From: Eledone cirrhosa
Taxonomy: Eukaryota
DNA length: 64,000 nucleotides
Direction of reading: 5' to 3'
Assembly: GCA_964016885.1 (NCBI GenBank)
Contig: OZ024742.1
Location: 155,310,001-155,374,000 of the forward strand
The notes below the pieces were generated by a model. That model was not told the DNA's origin and made no database searches. It saw only the letters and a program-made list of their open reading frames with translations. The position numbers and the translations under genes are program-made. Positions 1 to 12,379 of this stretch are shown here, piece after piece. Positions within the stretch are counted from its first letter, which is position 1; the number at the start of each line of letters is the position of its first letter.

Positions 1-166
<166 letters not shown>

Positions 167-327
167 GCTTATATTAATGTATCAATTTATTATTCAAATA
201 TATGATGTCTGTCTAAATGTGTAGTGTAGCTACGAAAGTTTTTATTCTAATTATTAGATATGCCAGGGCATTCTAACTTTATTACTGTTTTCTGTTAAAT
301 GCTGACTGAAATAGAAAATAAAATAAT

Positions 328-508
328 TGTTCCTACTTTAGGCACAAGGCCAGCAAATACTCAGTGCATTACTGGTACTTTATTTTATCGACCCCGTAAG
401 GATGAAAGGCAAAGTCAACCTCGGTGGGATTTGAACTCAGATCGTAAAGGGACGTAACTATGCTGGAAAGCATGGCGTCCGACCCTCTACCGATACTGCC
501 AATCCAAC
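328..508 (-). mobile_element. tRNA-related SINE, subfamily A
   Basis: Contains the window-wide repeat core tactggtactttattttatcgaccccgtaaggatgaaaggcaaagtcaacctcgg...atttgaactcag. The minus strand reads a B-box-like GAGTTCAAATCC. Flanked by atagaaaataaaataat direct repeats. Confidence 0.85.
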
Positions 509-525
509 ATAGAAAATAAAATAAT

Positions 526-711
526 TGTTTCTACATTTGGCACAAGGCCAGGAATACCCCAGTGCATTACTGGTACTTTATTTTAACGACCCCGTAAGGA
601 TGAAAGGCAAAGTTAACCTCGGCGGGATTTGAACTCAGAATAGCAAGGGCCGTAACTCTATGCATCAAAGCATGGCGCCCGACCCTCTACCGATACTGCC
701 AATTCACCGCC
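526..711 (-). mobile_element. tRNA-related SINE, subfamily B
   Basis: Same core as 328-508, but with the diagnostic segment aatagcaagggccgtaactctatgcatcaaagcatg, shared with the copies at 20159 and 37523. Confidence 0.85.
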
Positions 712-929
712 ATAGAAAATTAAATAATGGGAAATAGACATGAAATGCAATCCAAAAGTAATATGTACAACATCGTGATTCCTTCCCTATATGATATCTA
801 TATATTTTCCTTTTCAATGTACATACTAACGTATGAGTTGAATTACTTTTAATAGAAACTTTCCGAAAATATATGAAAATTAAATCAAAATTAAATAAAT
901 ATGAGCATAAATATACAATTTCTTTTCTA

Positions 930-1075
930 ACATACCCATAAGGTCAGCTATTTTTTGGTAAGGAAAACTAGATTAAATCAACCAGGGATGATTATCGTTA
1001 CTTTGTTTTATCGAGACCGTAATGATGTGAGATAGATTTGACCTCGACATGACTCGACCTTGTGACGTAAAAATA
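930..1075 (-). mobile_element. Highly decayed SINE copy
   Basis: Degenerate match (cataaggtcagc...tactttgttttatcgagaccgtaatgatgtga...ttgacctcg) to the SINE core. Confidence 0.45.
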
Positions 1076-2004
1076 CATAACTAAATCCGCATAATCGTCA
1101 CATGAATATATAATGAATCATGTTATATGTTCAATATGCCATAATTTTCACAAGATGGTTTGAAAATGTAATGTTAAAATTGAATTCAATTCTAAATTAA
1201 TATTGGATTGGCTATATACAAAATAATGAATCATCTTATAAAACCTATCCCTTATAAACTCTTAAATGTGGATTCTATTCTTAAATTCAAATCTATTACT
1301 AGCTGTCAACACTTTACTTTCCTAACAATTATTTGTACACATTTCTCTTATCATCTACTCATTTTCCTTAATTCTTTCTCTCGGTGTCCATACCCGGGAA
1401 TTCATCGACATTGGCATATATCGTATGAAGTCTGATATTTGAATTATAATTCAACCAAACTGCTACCAATAATGCGTTTCAAGTTTCAAATCAATAAACT
1501 ATCCATCTATTCAACAAGATCACCCCTCTCACTATAGGGTTCACAGAATTCTTTCCGTGTTTTTTTTCAGTACTGCGCTTTCATATATAGAATAATTCAC
1601 GGTGATATGGTTTTTGTTTCGAATAATTGTTCAGCAAGAATTATACGAATTCTCCTCTCACACCCTAGCCAAATAGTGGGTCAGTTATGTGACAAAAACG
1701 CACACATGCATCCACCCTCGTTTAAAATGAGGTTATATATAAGTCATACTAAATAGAAAGAAAGCTATGGAGTAGCAAGTAGTCGAGGCTGTGAGGTGTT
1801 TTGTATTGGCATGCGCACCCCATTTGATGTTACCTAGCTGATTTAGGATGTTATTTCTTGAACCGACCCTGGCTTTATGGTCCTTGTAAAGAGTTACCCC
1901 AAATCTACACTAAATAGTTGAAGGAGCGTTCTCATCGTGCTCCCCTTCAGATGAGTTCTCTGAATAGCTAATCCTTCTACTATGCTACATTAACCCCCTA
2001 CCCG

Positions 2005-2054
<50 letters not shown>

Positions 2055-2633
2055 AAGAACCCGATGTGAAACGGCAGGAAACTGCTGTCAAAAAAGATAC
2101 GCATTACGTTTCAACAGTTTGTAGTGTACATTATATGTTTGCATTCTATTAGAACTGTTTCATTCATGAGAACTCATTACGAAGGAAACACTTCTAGTCC
2201 TGAAGAAGTCATTTACGTACAAAAAATGAATATATATATATATATATATATAATGTAGGAGGTGAGTTTTATTGTAGTACAATAAAGCAATGCAGATATC
2301 GGATAAAAGTTATTTATCCCTAAATAAAATATTTTTTCCTCGCACATATCCTCCCTTCGTTAATTTTCAAAATTTTTAATTTATACAGTATCTTCCAACG
2401 GTTTTCAACCTCTCTATGTAAAAAATATATCTCCTCTCAGTTATAAAAACTATCTCTTTCTCTCTATCACCCATCTCTCCCTCTCATCTCCTTCCCTTTT
2501 CATCCTTCCCTCCCCCCCTCTCTAAATAAAATATTTTTCCCAATATCACACATCAATCTAAAACCACTTTTCATATGTTGATTTAAAACTGCACTATCCA
2601 CAAGTGTTTTTTAGCCTTCATATCATGTTCTCC

Positions 2634-2704
2634 TGTTTTATCTGATGAAAACACAAATATTATTGCATGATGATGTTTGTTTTTGAAATGCGCATAATAA
2701 AATA
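2634..2704 (+). ncRNA. Type I hammerhead ribozyme motif with minimal palindromic stem III
   Basis: tgttttat CTGATGA [aaacacaaatattatt...atgatgtttgttttt] GAAA tgcgca TA ataaaata. Stem I is 8 bp (tgttttat/ataaaata), stem II is long, stem III is TGCGCA, and the AUA cleavage triplet ends at 2696. Confidence 0.8.
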
Positions 2705-2735
2705 TATGGAACTCCTTTAACCATCTTTTGATCTC

Positions 2736-2811
<76 letters not shown>

Positions 2812-2835
2812 TAATTATTTCTAGTGCATATATAT

Positions 2836-2938
2836 ATAATTGTCTCTACTTTTGACACAAGGCCAGGAGTTAACCAGTACATTACTGGTACTTTATTTTA
2901 TCGACCCCGTAAGGATGAAAGACAAAGGTAACCTCGAC
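2836..2938 (-). mobile_element. 5'-truncated SINE
   Basis: 3' half of the SINE core (acacaaggccagg...tactggtactttattttatcgaccccgtaaggatgaaag). Confidence 0.8.
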
Positions 2939-3318
2939 AGCTGCATCTCAGATTCAAGAAATGCAAATCTTTGATCTTTTTCTCATACATGGGAAATACG
3001 AAAATGACCTAGTATCCTTCTCTGAAGCGAAGCAAGCACGAAATGGCATACTCACGCTCAGATAAAGTCATGACTGTGCTTGAAGCTTTCTTAAGTGAGG
3101 CCAAGTATTGCACAGGATGAATCCCACTCTTTGAACAACAGTGTTAGCTATCTAGATTGAAGACCAGGTCGACATGGTTGATTGACATTTCTTCGCAGGT
3201 TAATATAAATGTTTCCCTTCTCCTGGAATGTCACCTTAACACAAACTAGGGATCTCACACTCCCGGTGGGCTGAGCACGAATTCGGGCACCAAACTGAAT
3301 ATTTCCACGTACCCAGGC

Positions 3319-3400
<82 letters not shown>

Positions 3401-3471
3401 CATATGTGTATGTGTGTGGGTGTGTGTGTGTCTGTGCGTATGTGTGTATGTGTGTATATATTGGACAGTCA

Positions 3472-3520
3472 GCTTCCTGATGATTTCTCACGAATGAAAC
3501 AGTTCTAGTCCTGTAGAAGC
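3472..3520 (+). ncRNA. Type I hammerhead ribozyme motif
   Basis: gcttc CTGATGA t-ttc-tcac-gaa-t GAAA cag-ttctagtc-ctg TA gaagc. Stem I gcttc/gaagc is perfect, stem III is cag/ctg, and the GUA triplet ends at 3515. There is a U-U at the base of stem II. Confidence 0.75.
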
Positions 3521-3530
3521 GATTCTATAT

Positions 3531-3650
<120 letters not shown>

Positions 3651-4332
3651 CATATATATACTTGATCGTCCGTTAAATTTTATTCTAAATGATACGAACA
3701 AAGTGGTGTCACGCTCTATAACCGAACTGGATACCATGCAGTTGCAGAATATACAATTTAACCATTCTTATATCTATTTAACTCTCAAACTCTTTATGCT
3801 TTCTTCCCATTAAATATTCAATTTTGCACTATCCCATTTACATTGTATTTCTATATCTTATTCCTATCCCCATCCCCACTTTTGTATTCATCATCGTATT
3901 CATAATCTCTTTTTGTATTTCTTTCTGTCAATTTTAAAACTGAACGCTGCTGTCTTTGTCTCGTAATAGATATTACACATTAAATTGGATTGCTTTTAAA
4001 ATTGACATCGAGACATTCTTTATATCGGCGCCGTTTTAAGTGATGTGATTTAATATCAGCAAAATCTATAAATTGAAGGCAAGTTGAATGATGCTTTTCA
4101 TTGTGCTACAAAAGTAATGATGAGAAGGATGCATTCATTATTTTCTTACCGTTTAAGAAATAGAATATTATAAAATACCCATGATTCGCATCCAAAGTAT
4201 TGTAAATCATGACGTCGCAAATTCTGTATTAAATAAGATAGAACGTACCACAAGACGAACATATACATTAAGTGCCTAGAGGTAACGCTTTAGATTGCTT
4301 TAAAGTATGAATATTTTAAAGTAATAACAATA

Positions 4333-4471
4333 ATAATGGTTTCTGTGTAGGTAAAATGCCGGCAATTTGTTTAAAGGAAAGTCGATTAAATGATCCCAAT
4401 TCATTACTGATACATTATTTTATCAATCCCGTAAGGATGAAAGACAATGATACGCTCGGCGGGATTTGAAC
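4333..4471 (-). mobile_element. Decayed SINE
   Basis: ttttatcaatcccgtaaggatgaaagac...ctcggcgggatttgaac matches the SINE core. Confidence 0.65.
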
Positions 4472-4559
4472 AAATGATAAAAAATTAATTAAATGTGTAA
4501 GCCAAAAATGACAGAAAATTAGAAGGATTGTTACTCTCTAACATGCTAGGTTCATATAA

Positions 4560-4910
4560 GTATAAAATCAGAAGGACTGTTGAAGACAATCAAGGTGTTC
4601 AAGTATTATGAATGGGTGGGATTTAGATTGGAAAAATGCGCCAAAGCAACATTAAAAGAAGGTTAAAAGATATGCACAAACTCAATGAAAATACATGTGA
4701 ATTAGGGAACCAGAATAGGAAGAATCATAAAGAAATCTAAGTATCATTGAAGCGAAAGAAGAGAAATTCGGAAAAGGAAGATAAATTCAGGAAAGAATAC
4801 TACAGGAGAGTACATGGTGTCTTGAAAACTGTACTTAACTCAAGAAATAAATTATCTGTCATTAAGCGCTTGGAATCCGAGTTGTCACCTACAGTTTCAA
4901 TATAATAAAT
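4560..4910 (+). pseudogene. Old R4/Dong-type reverse transcriptase fragment
   Basis: Frameshifted translation gives GFRLEKCAKATLKEG and KFRKEYYRRVHGVLKTVLNSRNKLSVIKRL. These align by eye with MQFGIGKCGVIVMKRG and LLRTEYIRRVRSVLKSHLNSRNAISAVNSR of the element at 26021-28552. Confidence 0.7.
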
Positions 4911-5046
4911 ATGATAAAATACATCACACTCTAGGCTGGTTAATTTGAGGAGGAGAGGGTTGCTTCCCCGGGTGCCTTCGAAGTTTTAGGTCTAGCTGGT
5001 TTCAACCACACCCTATCTGATATATATATATATATAAATATGATGC

Positions 5047-5860
5047 CAGCGAGATCAAATTTCGGCAGTTGTCAAAATCAAAGCGAAACGCAATTTCCGA
5101 GATATGCGGCAAGCGCCCAATGGACTAAAAAAAGACCAGAGCTATAGACATAGGTTATAGAGGCCAAACCAACTGAGAATGTCGGTCAAGAAGCCATCAG
5201 ACACCTAAGCCAAAAATACGAAGCCAGCTAAACAGGTCAAACGAAAGAATCTACATGGACCCCTTGGAATTGATGGGATAATCTAGTAAAGGGTTTCTAC
5301 GACACCTAAATCAATTATACTGCCTGCTTCCATATTAAGCTTTGTGTATAATGATCGAACAATGCTGCCTCTTCGTCAAGAGGTATTTTGTTCTCAGCTA
5401 GCGAGCGGGATCCCAGCAGTAGTAATGTGTTGTAGTTATAACCCCACGTGTATTATCCTGCAAGGGAGTTAACCCCAGTTTTTGGCGGATGAATTCAGCA
5501 TGTGCAAAATTAATGCAAGTATTGCAAAAACTGCACAAATCGAATTAAGCTCTCGACCGGGTTGTATTTAAAATAAACTTAAGCAATTAATCAGTCAATA
5601 TAATTATATAATAGAATTATCTAATAGAATTAACTTGTTAATTGCTAGGTCCGGGTGATTAATACAAATATAATTACAGCGAGATCGAATTTCAGCAGTG
5701 GTCAAAAACAAAGCGAAACGCAATTTCCGAGATATGCAGCACGCATAGCAATAAACATAGGTTATCGAGGTCAAACAAACTGAGAATGGCGGTCAAGAAG
5801 CCATCAGCCACCTAAGCCAATACAACGAAGCAAGCTAAACAGGTCAAGCGAAAGAATTTA
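5047..5860. repeat. Diverged direct repeat pair (about 5047-5252 and 5677-5858)
   Basis: cagcgagatc(a/g)aatttc...aaagcgaaacgcaatttccgagatatgc...gaagccatcag...gctaaacaggtcaa occurs twice about 630 bp apart. The second copy has an internal deletion. Confidence 0.85.
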
Positions 5861-5891
5861 TATATATATATATGTCTCAGCACTGGAGATA

Positions 5892-5967
<76 letters not shown>

Positions 5968-6271
5968 AGAGAGGGCGAGAGGGAGAGATATTGCGTTGGT
6001 GTGTGTGTGTGGTAATAACTAGCTAGACATAACCAAGGTACAAAGGACCTCATGTTCATTGGAGGAGTTTTAATATAATTATTAAGGGTAGTTACTACAA
6101 ATGAGTCTTGACAGGTATGTACATTTCATTGGCCTAGAGCAAATATTTCAATCTATATCCAGGACATAGTTTGAATAAGATGATCACACATGTCATTGAA
6201 AACTACGTTCGTAATAGAGCTCCGTTGTAGAAACTGGCCTTCATAATTTTATATATACATATATATATTTA

Positions 6272-6330
<59 letters not shown>

Positions 6331-7432
6331 ATGTGTGTGTGTGTGTGTGTGCATGTATGTAATCCGTAATTCAATTTGATGTAGAAATGCGCTCACGTAT
6401 TTCAATATCGGCATTAATTACCTAATATCAAAACATCTGTAAATAAATGTATTAATAAGCATGATGCACTAAACTGTAAATTATCTATGTAAAATTTTGC
6501 CTTGAAGGAAATAAACAGTCGATACTTCATTTGCTTACGCGTGACGTTTTATTGATATTAAATGATTATTACTACTACTAAGAAATTTCATTGTGTTATA
6601 ATTACAATTGGATTCTCTCAGAACACAAAAAATCAAAGGACATATTTCAAATATTGATGCTTGGAGCGTGGAATTACGCAGTAGGGTATTTTTCTTTGTT
6701 TCTATTGTAAATCTTATGAAATATAACTATGAACAATTGCAAAAAATAAAAAGAAATAAAACTGATAATATGCCCTGATGGTTTCCTGTAGAGTACGTAG
6801 CTTTTAGGCTTATTTCTTCAATATTTCTCAAACAGCCTTTTGAGAAATATTGAAGAAACTCAGAAATTATTTATGTAAGGGAAATAAATATAATATTCTT
6901 TTAATCTGTGAAAAAAGAAACACGAACATATTCAAACACATACACAAACAGATCAAAAAAGTTATACATACATACAAACACACACGCACACAAATGTATA
7001 TATATTCATACAAACTCCCACATACACACATTTATATATATATATATATATATATTTATTTATATACATAAACACATACGCACACACACATATATATATT
7101 TATTTATATACATATATAAACACACACACACACACACATATATATTTATTTATATACATATATAACAACACACACACACACATATATATATATATTTGTG
7201 AAAATCAGTCATATGGAACTATTGTCATCTTGCCTGACGGTTGTGAACTTTATAACACCACCTGCCTCTTTGAGGTCAAATACCAACCCTACTAGCATCT
7301 ACAAACTGACCAATGAGAATTAAGACTATTCCTGCTGACAACATTAAATTATTCCTAACATGCTCATATGTCCCAATGCTCTGATACCATCAACACTAGA
7401 AACACAGAGCTGGCATATCTAAGAACTGACTA

Positions 7433-7488
7433 ACTGCCTGATGAAGTCATATCCATTCAATGGCTATCATCGAAATATATATAGCAGT
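7433..7488 (+). ncRNA. Type I hammerhead ribozyme motif with minimal palindromic stem III
   Basis: actgc CTGATGA agtcat...atggct-atcatc GAAA tatata TA gcagt. Stem I is actgc/gcagt, stem III is TATATA, and the AUA triplet ends at 7483. Confidence 0.7.
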
Positions 7489-7904
7489 AAATAAAGGATT
7501 ATGAGTTCATACAATTGACATATGTTTTGTCACTATATATATATATATATGTGTGGGGGGGGGGTATGTGTGTGTGTGCGTGTGTGTGTTCACTTGGTTA
7601 GCTTACGAATCGTTGAGATTTTACGCATTTAGTGATATAGCGGTCACAATGCCCAAAATTATATTAATAGATGATATATCAGGTAAAGTAAAAGTGAGTG
7701 CATTTAACCATCGACCAACCACAATTTCAGGTAACTCAGTATAGAGGACAGGTGTGCTCTGATTCCCCATATGATCTACTGGCCAAACATTTTTCTTTCT
7801 CCGTACCAATTCTCGCGAATTATTCAGCTATTCTTCATAGTTACGAAGTATTACTATTCGTACCTGTATAGTATATGTTGAAATATTTATTTGTATACGC
7901 ACAC

Positions 7905-8069
<165 letters not shown>

Positions 8070-8616
8070 GTTCACAAACAACTATATCTTGAAATTATTT
8101 TTTAGCTATTCTTTTAAATTTAATTAATCTTTTTCTGTTGATTTTTCATTCAACTACAGAAAATAATTTTTTTTTATGATAGAGAAACAAATTAATAACT
8201 TCAGGTTATAAGATGAGAAATGTTAGCAACATTTTATTTATGTAAGAATAACACAATATAAAGTAGGTGATGTATACTCAATAGATCTATGGCTTCTACG
8301 ATAAGTATGATACCTCAACATATTTATATTTTTTTATTATTTTATTACACATTCTCATTCACAACTCAGACTAATTTTTGGGACCTGCAAATCTGTTTCA
8401 ATCAACCCCAGTATTTGACTGTTTTTTTTCATTTATCTAATCCGGATACATGAAATTAAAATTTAATCTGTAGGTACCTTAACACATGGTGCTATGATGT
8501 TTTATCTGACACTCTACCAATTACCTTCATAGAGTGAAGCCTAAACGGACCTAATATTCTTTATATTTCTTGCCTGGTTTATGAATGATATAACAGTTAT
8601 ACATAGAGTATAGTTT

Positions 8617-9235
8617 TTCTTCTTCTTCTTCTTCTTCTTCTTCTTCTTCTTCTTCTTCTTCTTCTTCTTCTTCTTCTTCTTCTTCTTCTTCTTCTTCTTC
8701 TTCTTCTTCTTCTTCTTCTTCTTCGTATTCCTGCAAGTTTCATTTGACGCAGGGCCCTCAAACACTCTTTTCCAGAGGGTCTATTTAGAAGAAAAAGCCT
8801 CCAATTGATCCTGCTGGATCGCCAAGCGAGACCAGCCGCGCTCAAAATCTTATCCAACAATCATGCTCGAGGTCTAACGCTGTGTCTCCTATCGGTCTGT
8901 CTTGTTCATTAAATGTACCCTGCGATATTATCTTGAAGCATTCTTACCACATGCCCTTTGTATCGGATATGCGATGTTTCACTTTGGAGAAGTATTGGCT
9001 CTACATGGTGCGACTCTCTGAACGGCGAGCTACGCATTCTTTCTAATAACATTACTCCAAAAACTCTTCAGAAGGACCCCGTTACGGACGCTTCTATTCA
9101 CGATCGCGTCCATTCGGTTATTAGACAAGATTCATAAACATATATGTGGATTGGGACAAATACCGAATTAAACATAACAAGTTTTAGTTTCACATTTAGT
9201 TCCCTTGTTCTGATGACCAAATGCTGACCTATATG
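8617..9235 (-). mobile_element. RTE-clade LINE 3' fragment with (GAA)n tail
   Basis: Minus-strand translation with stops and frameshifts gives KLVMFNSVFVPIHIYVYESCLITEWTRS, ERMRSSPFRESHHVEPILLQ and GHVVRMLQ, typical of the RTE ORF C-terminus. It ends in the (TTC)n run 8617-8724. Confidence 0.7.
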
Positions 9236-9495
9236 TACCCAATTAATAGAAATATTTTGTTTATTATTTTGTTATAATATAATAAATGATGCTATTATTA
9301 CGTGATTTCAATTGCACTGCATTCTTTAATAAAATGTACATTCCAATTAGCTGAACATGATACAATAAGCAAAAGCACGGAATGTTATGCGTATCTTCCA
9401 TCGAGTATGTGGTTTCTTGTGGTTGATGAATACATGGATTAGAATAATCTAATGAAAAAAGCCTTGATTCCAAATATTTTTTTAATGCCGCAAAA

Positions 9496-9544
9496 TCACT
9501 ATGCGTATTTCTATGGATGACAGTCCCACGTCATCAGATCATGA
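9496..9544 (-). ncRNA. Degenerate type I hammerhead motif
   Basis: Minus strand: tcatgat CTGATGA c-gtgg-gactgtcat-ccat-a GAAA tacgca TA gtga. The core is intact, stem III is near-palindromic and stem I is weak. Confidence 0.5.
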
Positions 9545-10344
9545 CGCAAGAGAATTTAAACAAAGAATCTATCTATCAATATATATATCTATCTATCTAT
9601 ACATCTATCCATCGATATATCTATACATATAGAGATAGAAAGACAGACAGAGAGGAATATAGATAGGTAGATATATGTGTGATGGTGTGTGAGTGTGTGT
9701 GTGTGTTTACGTGTGTGTGTGTTTACGTTTGTGCGTACAACCTGCCGCCCTTTAGAATATCCCTCACAGTGTATATTTTTATAAAGGCCTGGTATTTCAG
9801 TCTGAATATTATTAGATAGTTGATACGATTATTCATTTCATTTGTCATTGTAAACGTGAGAGACTTGAAATATAGGAAAGGGATCCAGCTTACTCCAGTA
9901 TATTTCGTTTCCTTTCTCACTGTTCTAGTTTTGTATATTCACTTTCGAATCGTTAGTATCATGTAATAGGTATTGTTATTAGAGTGCCTGAATCAGTTGT
10001 CTAAGACATTTCCAATGTACAATTAGGCTTGTGTTTACTTAAGTAAAAAATCAATATTTGCGCCATGCTCATATGCACATCTAAAATATATAATGGCGAT
10101 GCATGCGCAGTGTATATTTCATGCGTGGTTGTATAATGATGAAACAAATCCTGTCTCTTAAAACCATAAGAATCAGAGGAACAACGCCAACAGCTACAAT
10201 AACAAAATAAATCAATTTATGAATAATGGATCATATTTTGATATTACCGCTATCAATTCTTAGAGAAATAGATCAATGCTATTAAAACACAAAGTTGATT
10301 TCCTGCATTCCTGCATCTCCGTGTGTGTCGTTATGTATGAGTGA

Positions 10345-10369
10345 CTATATATATGTCTATATCTATATA

Positions 10370-10462
<93 letters not shown>

Positions 10463-10478
10463 GATATATATATATATG

Positions 10479-10557
<79 letters not shown>

Positions 10558-10638
10558 ATATATATATATGAAATATATATATATAGTTATATATATATAT
10601 ATATATACAAATATATATATATATTTATACATATATAA

Positions 10639-10711
<73 letters not shown>

Positions 10712-10722
10712 TACATATATAA

Positions 10723-10791
<69 letters not shown>

Positions 10792-10857
10792 ATATATATA
10801 CTTATATATATATATATATACAAATATATATATATATATATATTTATACATATATAA

Positions 10858-10930
<73 letters not shown>

Positions 10931-10939
10931 CATATATAA

Positions 10940-11017
<78 letters not shown>

Positions 11018-11059
11018 TTATATATATATATATATATTTATATATTTATATATATACAC

Positions 11060-11090
<31 letters not shown>

Positions 11091-11091
11091 C
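10345..11091. repeat. Complex (TA)n microsatellite with higher-order repeated interruptions
   Basis: TA tract about 750 bp long with recurring tacatatataaatacatacat and atgaaatat motifs. Confidence 0.95.
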
Positions 11092-12316
11092 ATTCCTGTT
11101 TATCTGTGGACCTATATACATATGCGTGTTTATCTTTGTGTTCATTTATTACTGTGTTCATATGAATGTTTATTTAAATGTAGGTGGGTTAGACATTGCC
11201 TATGTTTGCCTGTTAATCTTAGTAGTGGGGCTGGGTAGGGTAAATTAATAAGTACACCGTCCATTTACCGATTAAATCCAACTTATGTATACGATAATAC
11301 ATGAATCAGCACACACATGCGTACATACACTGCAACAATCATAAATATGTTTGTACATACACATCAAATATATTATCTATTATATTTCTGTACATCTCCT
11401 TGGCGTTGACTTGAACGTTTTTAACTCTCTACCTCAGTTTATACGTAAATATGTACGTGCGCCACTGAATGTAAGCACGCATATTAAGTCAATCAGATTT
11501 TATCATAGGAACTCTTACGCTATCTGATTACTGAGTGAATAGATAGTGAATAATAAGATATTCTTGGTTAACCATTACTAGCAAAAGCAATGAATGTAAC
11601 GAGGAGTAAGCCGTCCTCTGCAGAGAAGGGTTGTTGTTGATCATAATCAGCTAAGCTTTAGAGACATGGCAATCTAATAGTGCAGCTATACAATCAACCT
11701 GACCAAACAGTTTACTTAAGCCTCAAGCACATAGAATAGCATTGTAAAGTGTATATACTTTTCTCTCGATACTTCTTCACATATTAATCTAATCGGCCAA
11801 TCTACTTAACATAGGATAATATTCAAACTTTGACGAGAATACGAAGATAGTCAATTCCCTTCTTTCTGTATTTAGGAATATATTCTGGTAGTGATTTATG
11901 ATTACGTATTGTAAACAAGGTCTACACAACCTAAATGTATGTGCGTAGATAGGTATGGATAAAAATAAGGTTTTCGTCATATTTATTACGAGCAGAGTGT
12001 CGTGGATATGAGACTCGGTACACAATCAGGAAAATGTTGAACTACGTACTTAGCAGAATCCCAGTGAGAATTCATTCAATCTTTATTCCATTTGGGGTCA
12101 CTAAACTGAATAAAATACAAATATTATCGACTGCTTGTTGTCGACTATAATCCTCTTTCAATATATGTCATAAAATGTCAATTATGGAATATATATATAG
12201 TAATAATAAATACAAAAACCAAAATCCGAAGAGGGCTCGTTAACGATTGTCTCTCTCTCTCTCCCTCTCTCTCCCTATCTCTCCCTCTGTCTCCTTCTAA
12301 GTCACTATTTCTCTCA

Positions 12317-12379
<63 letters not shown>

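Noticed and set aside
6105-6170. Minus-strand GAAA-TGTACA-TA half-hammerhead
   Set aside because: No CUGANGA core or matching stem I at a suitable distance.
8541-8860. Poly-K/E/R ORFs
   Set aside because: Produced by the (GAA)n tail of an RTE fragment.
10295-10863. ORFs rich in YI/HT/CV/SL/ER dipeptides here and throughout the ORF track
   Set aside because: Translations of (TA)n, (CA)n and (GA)n microsatellites, not genes.
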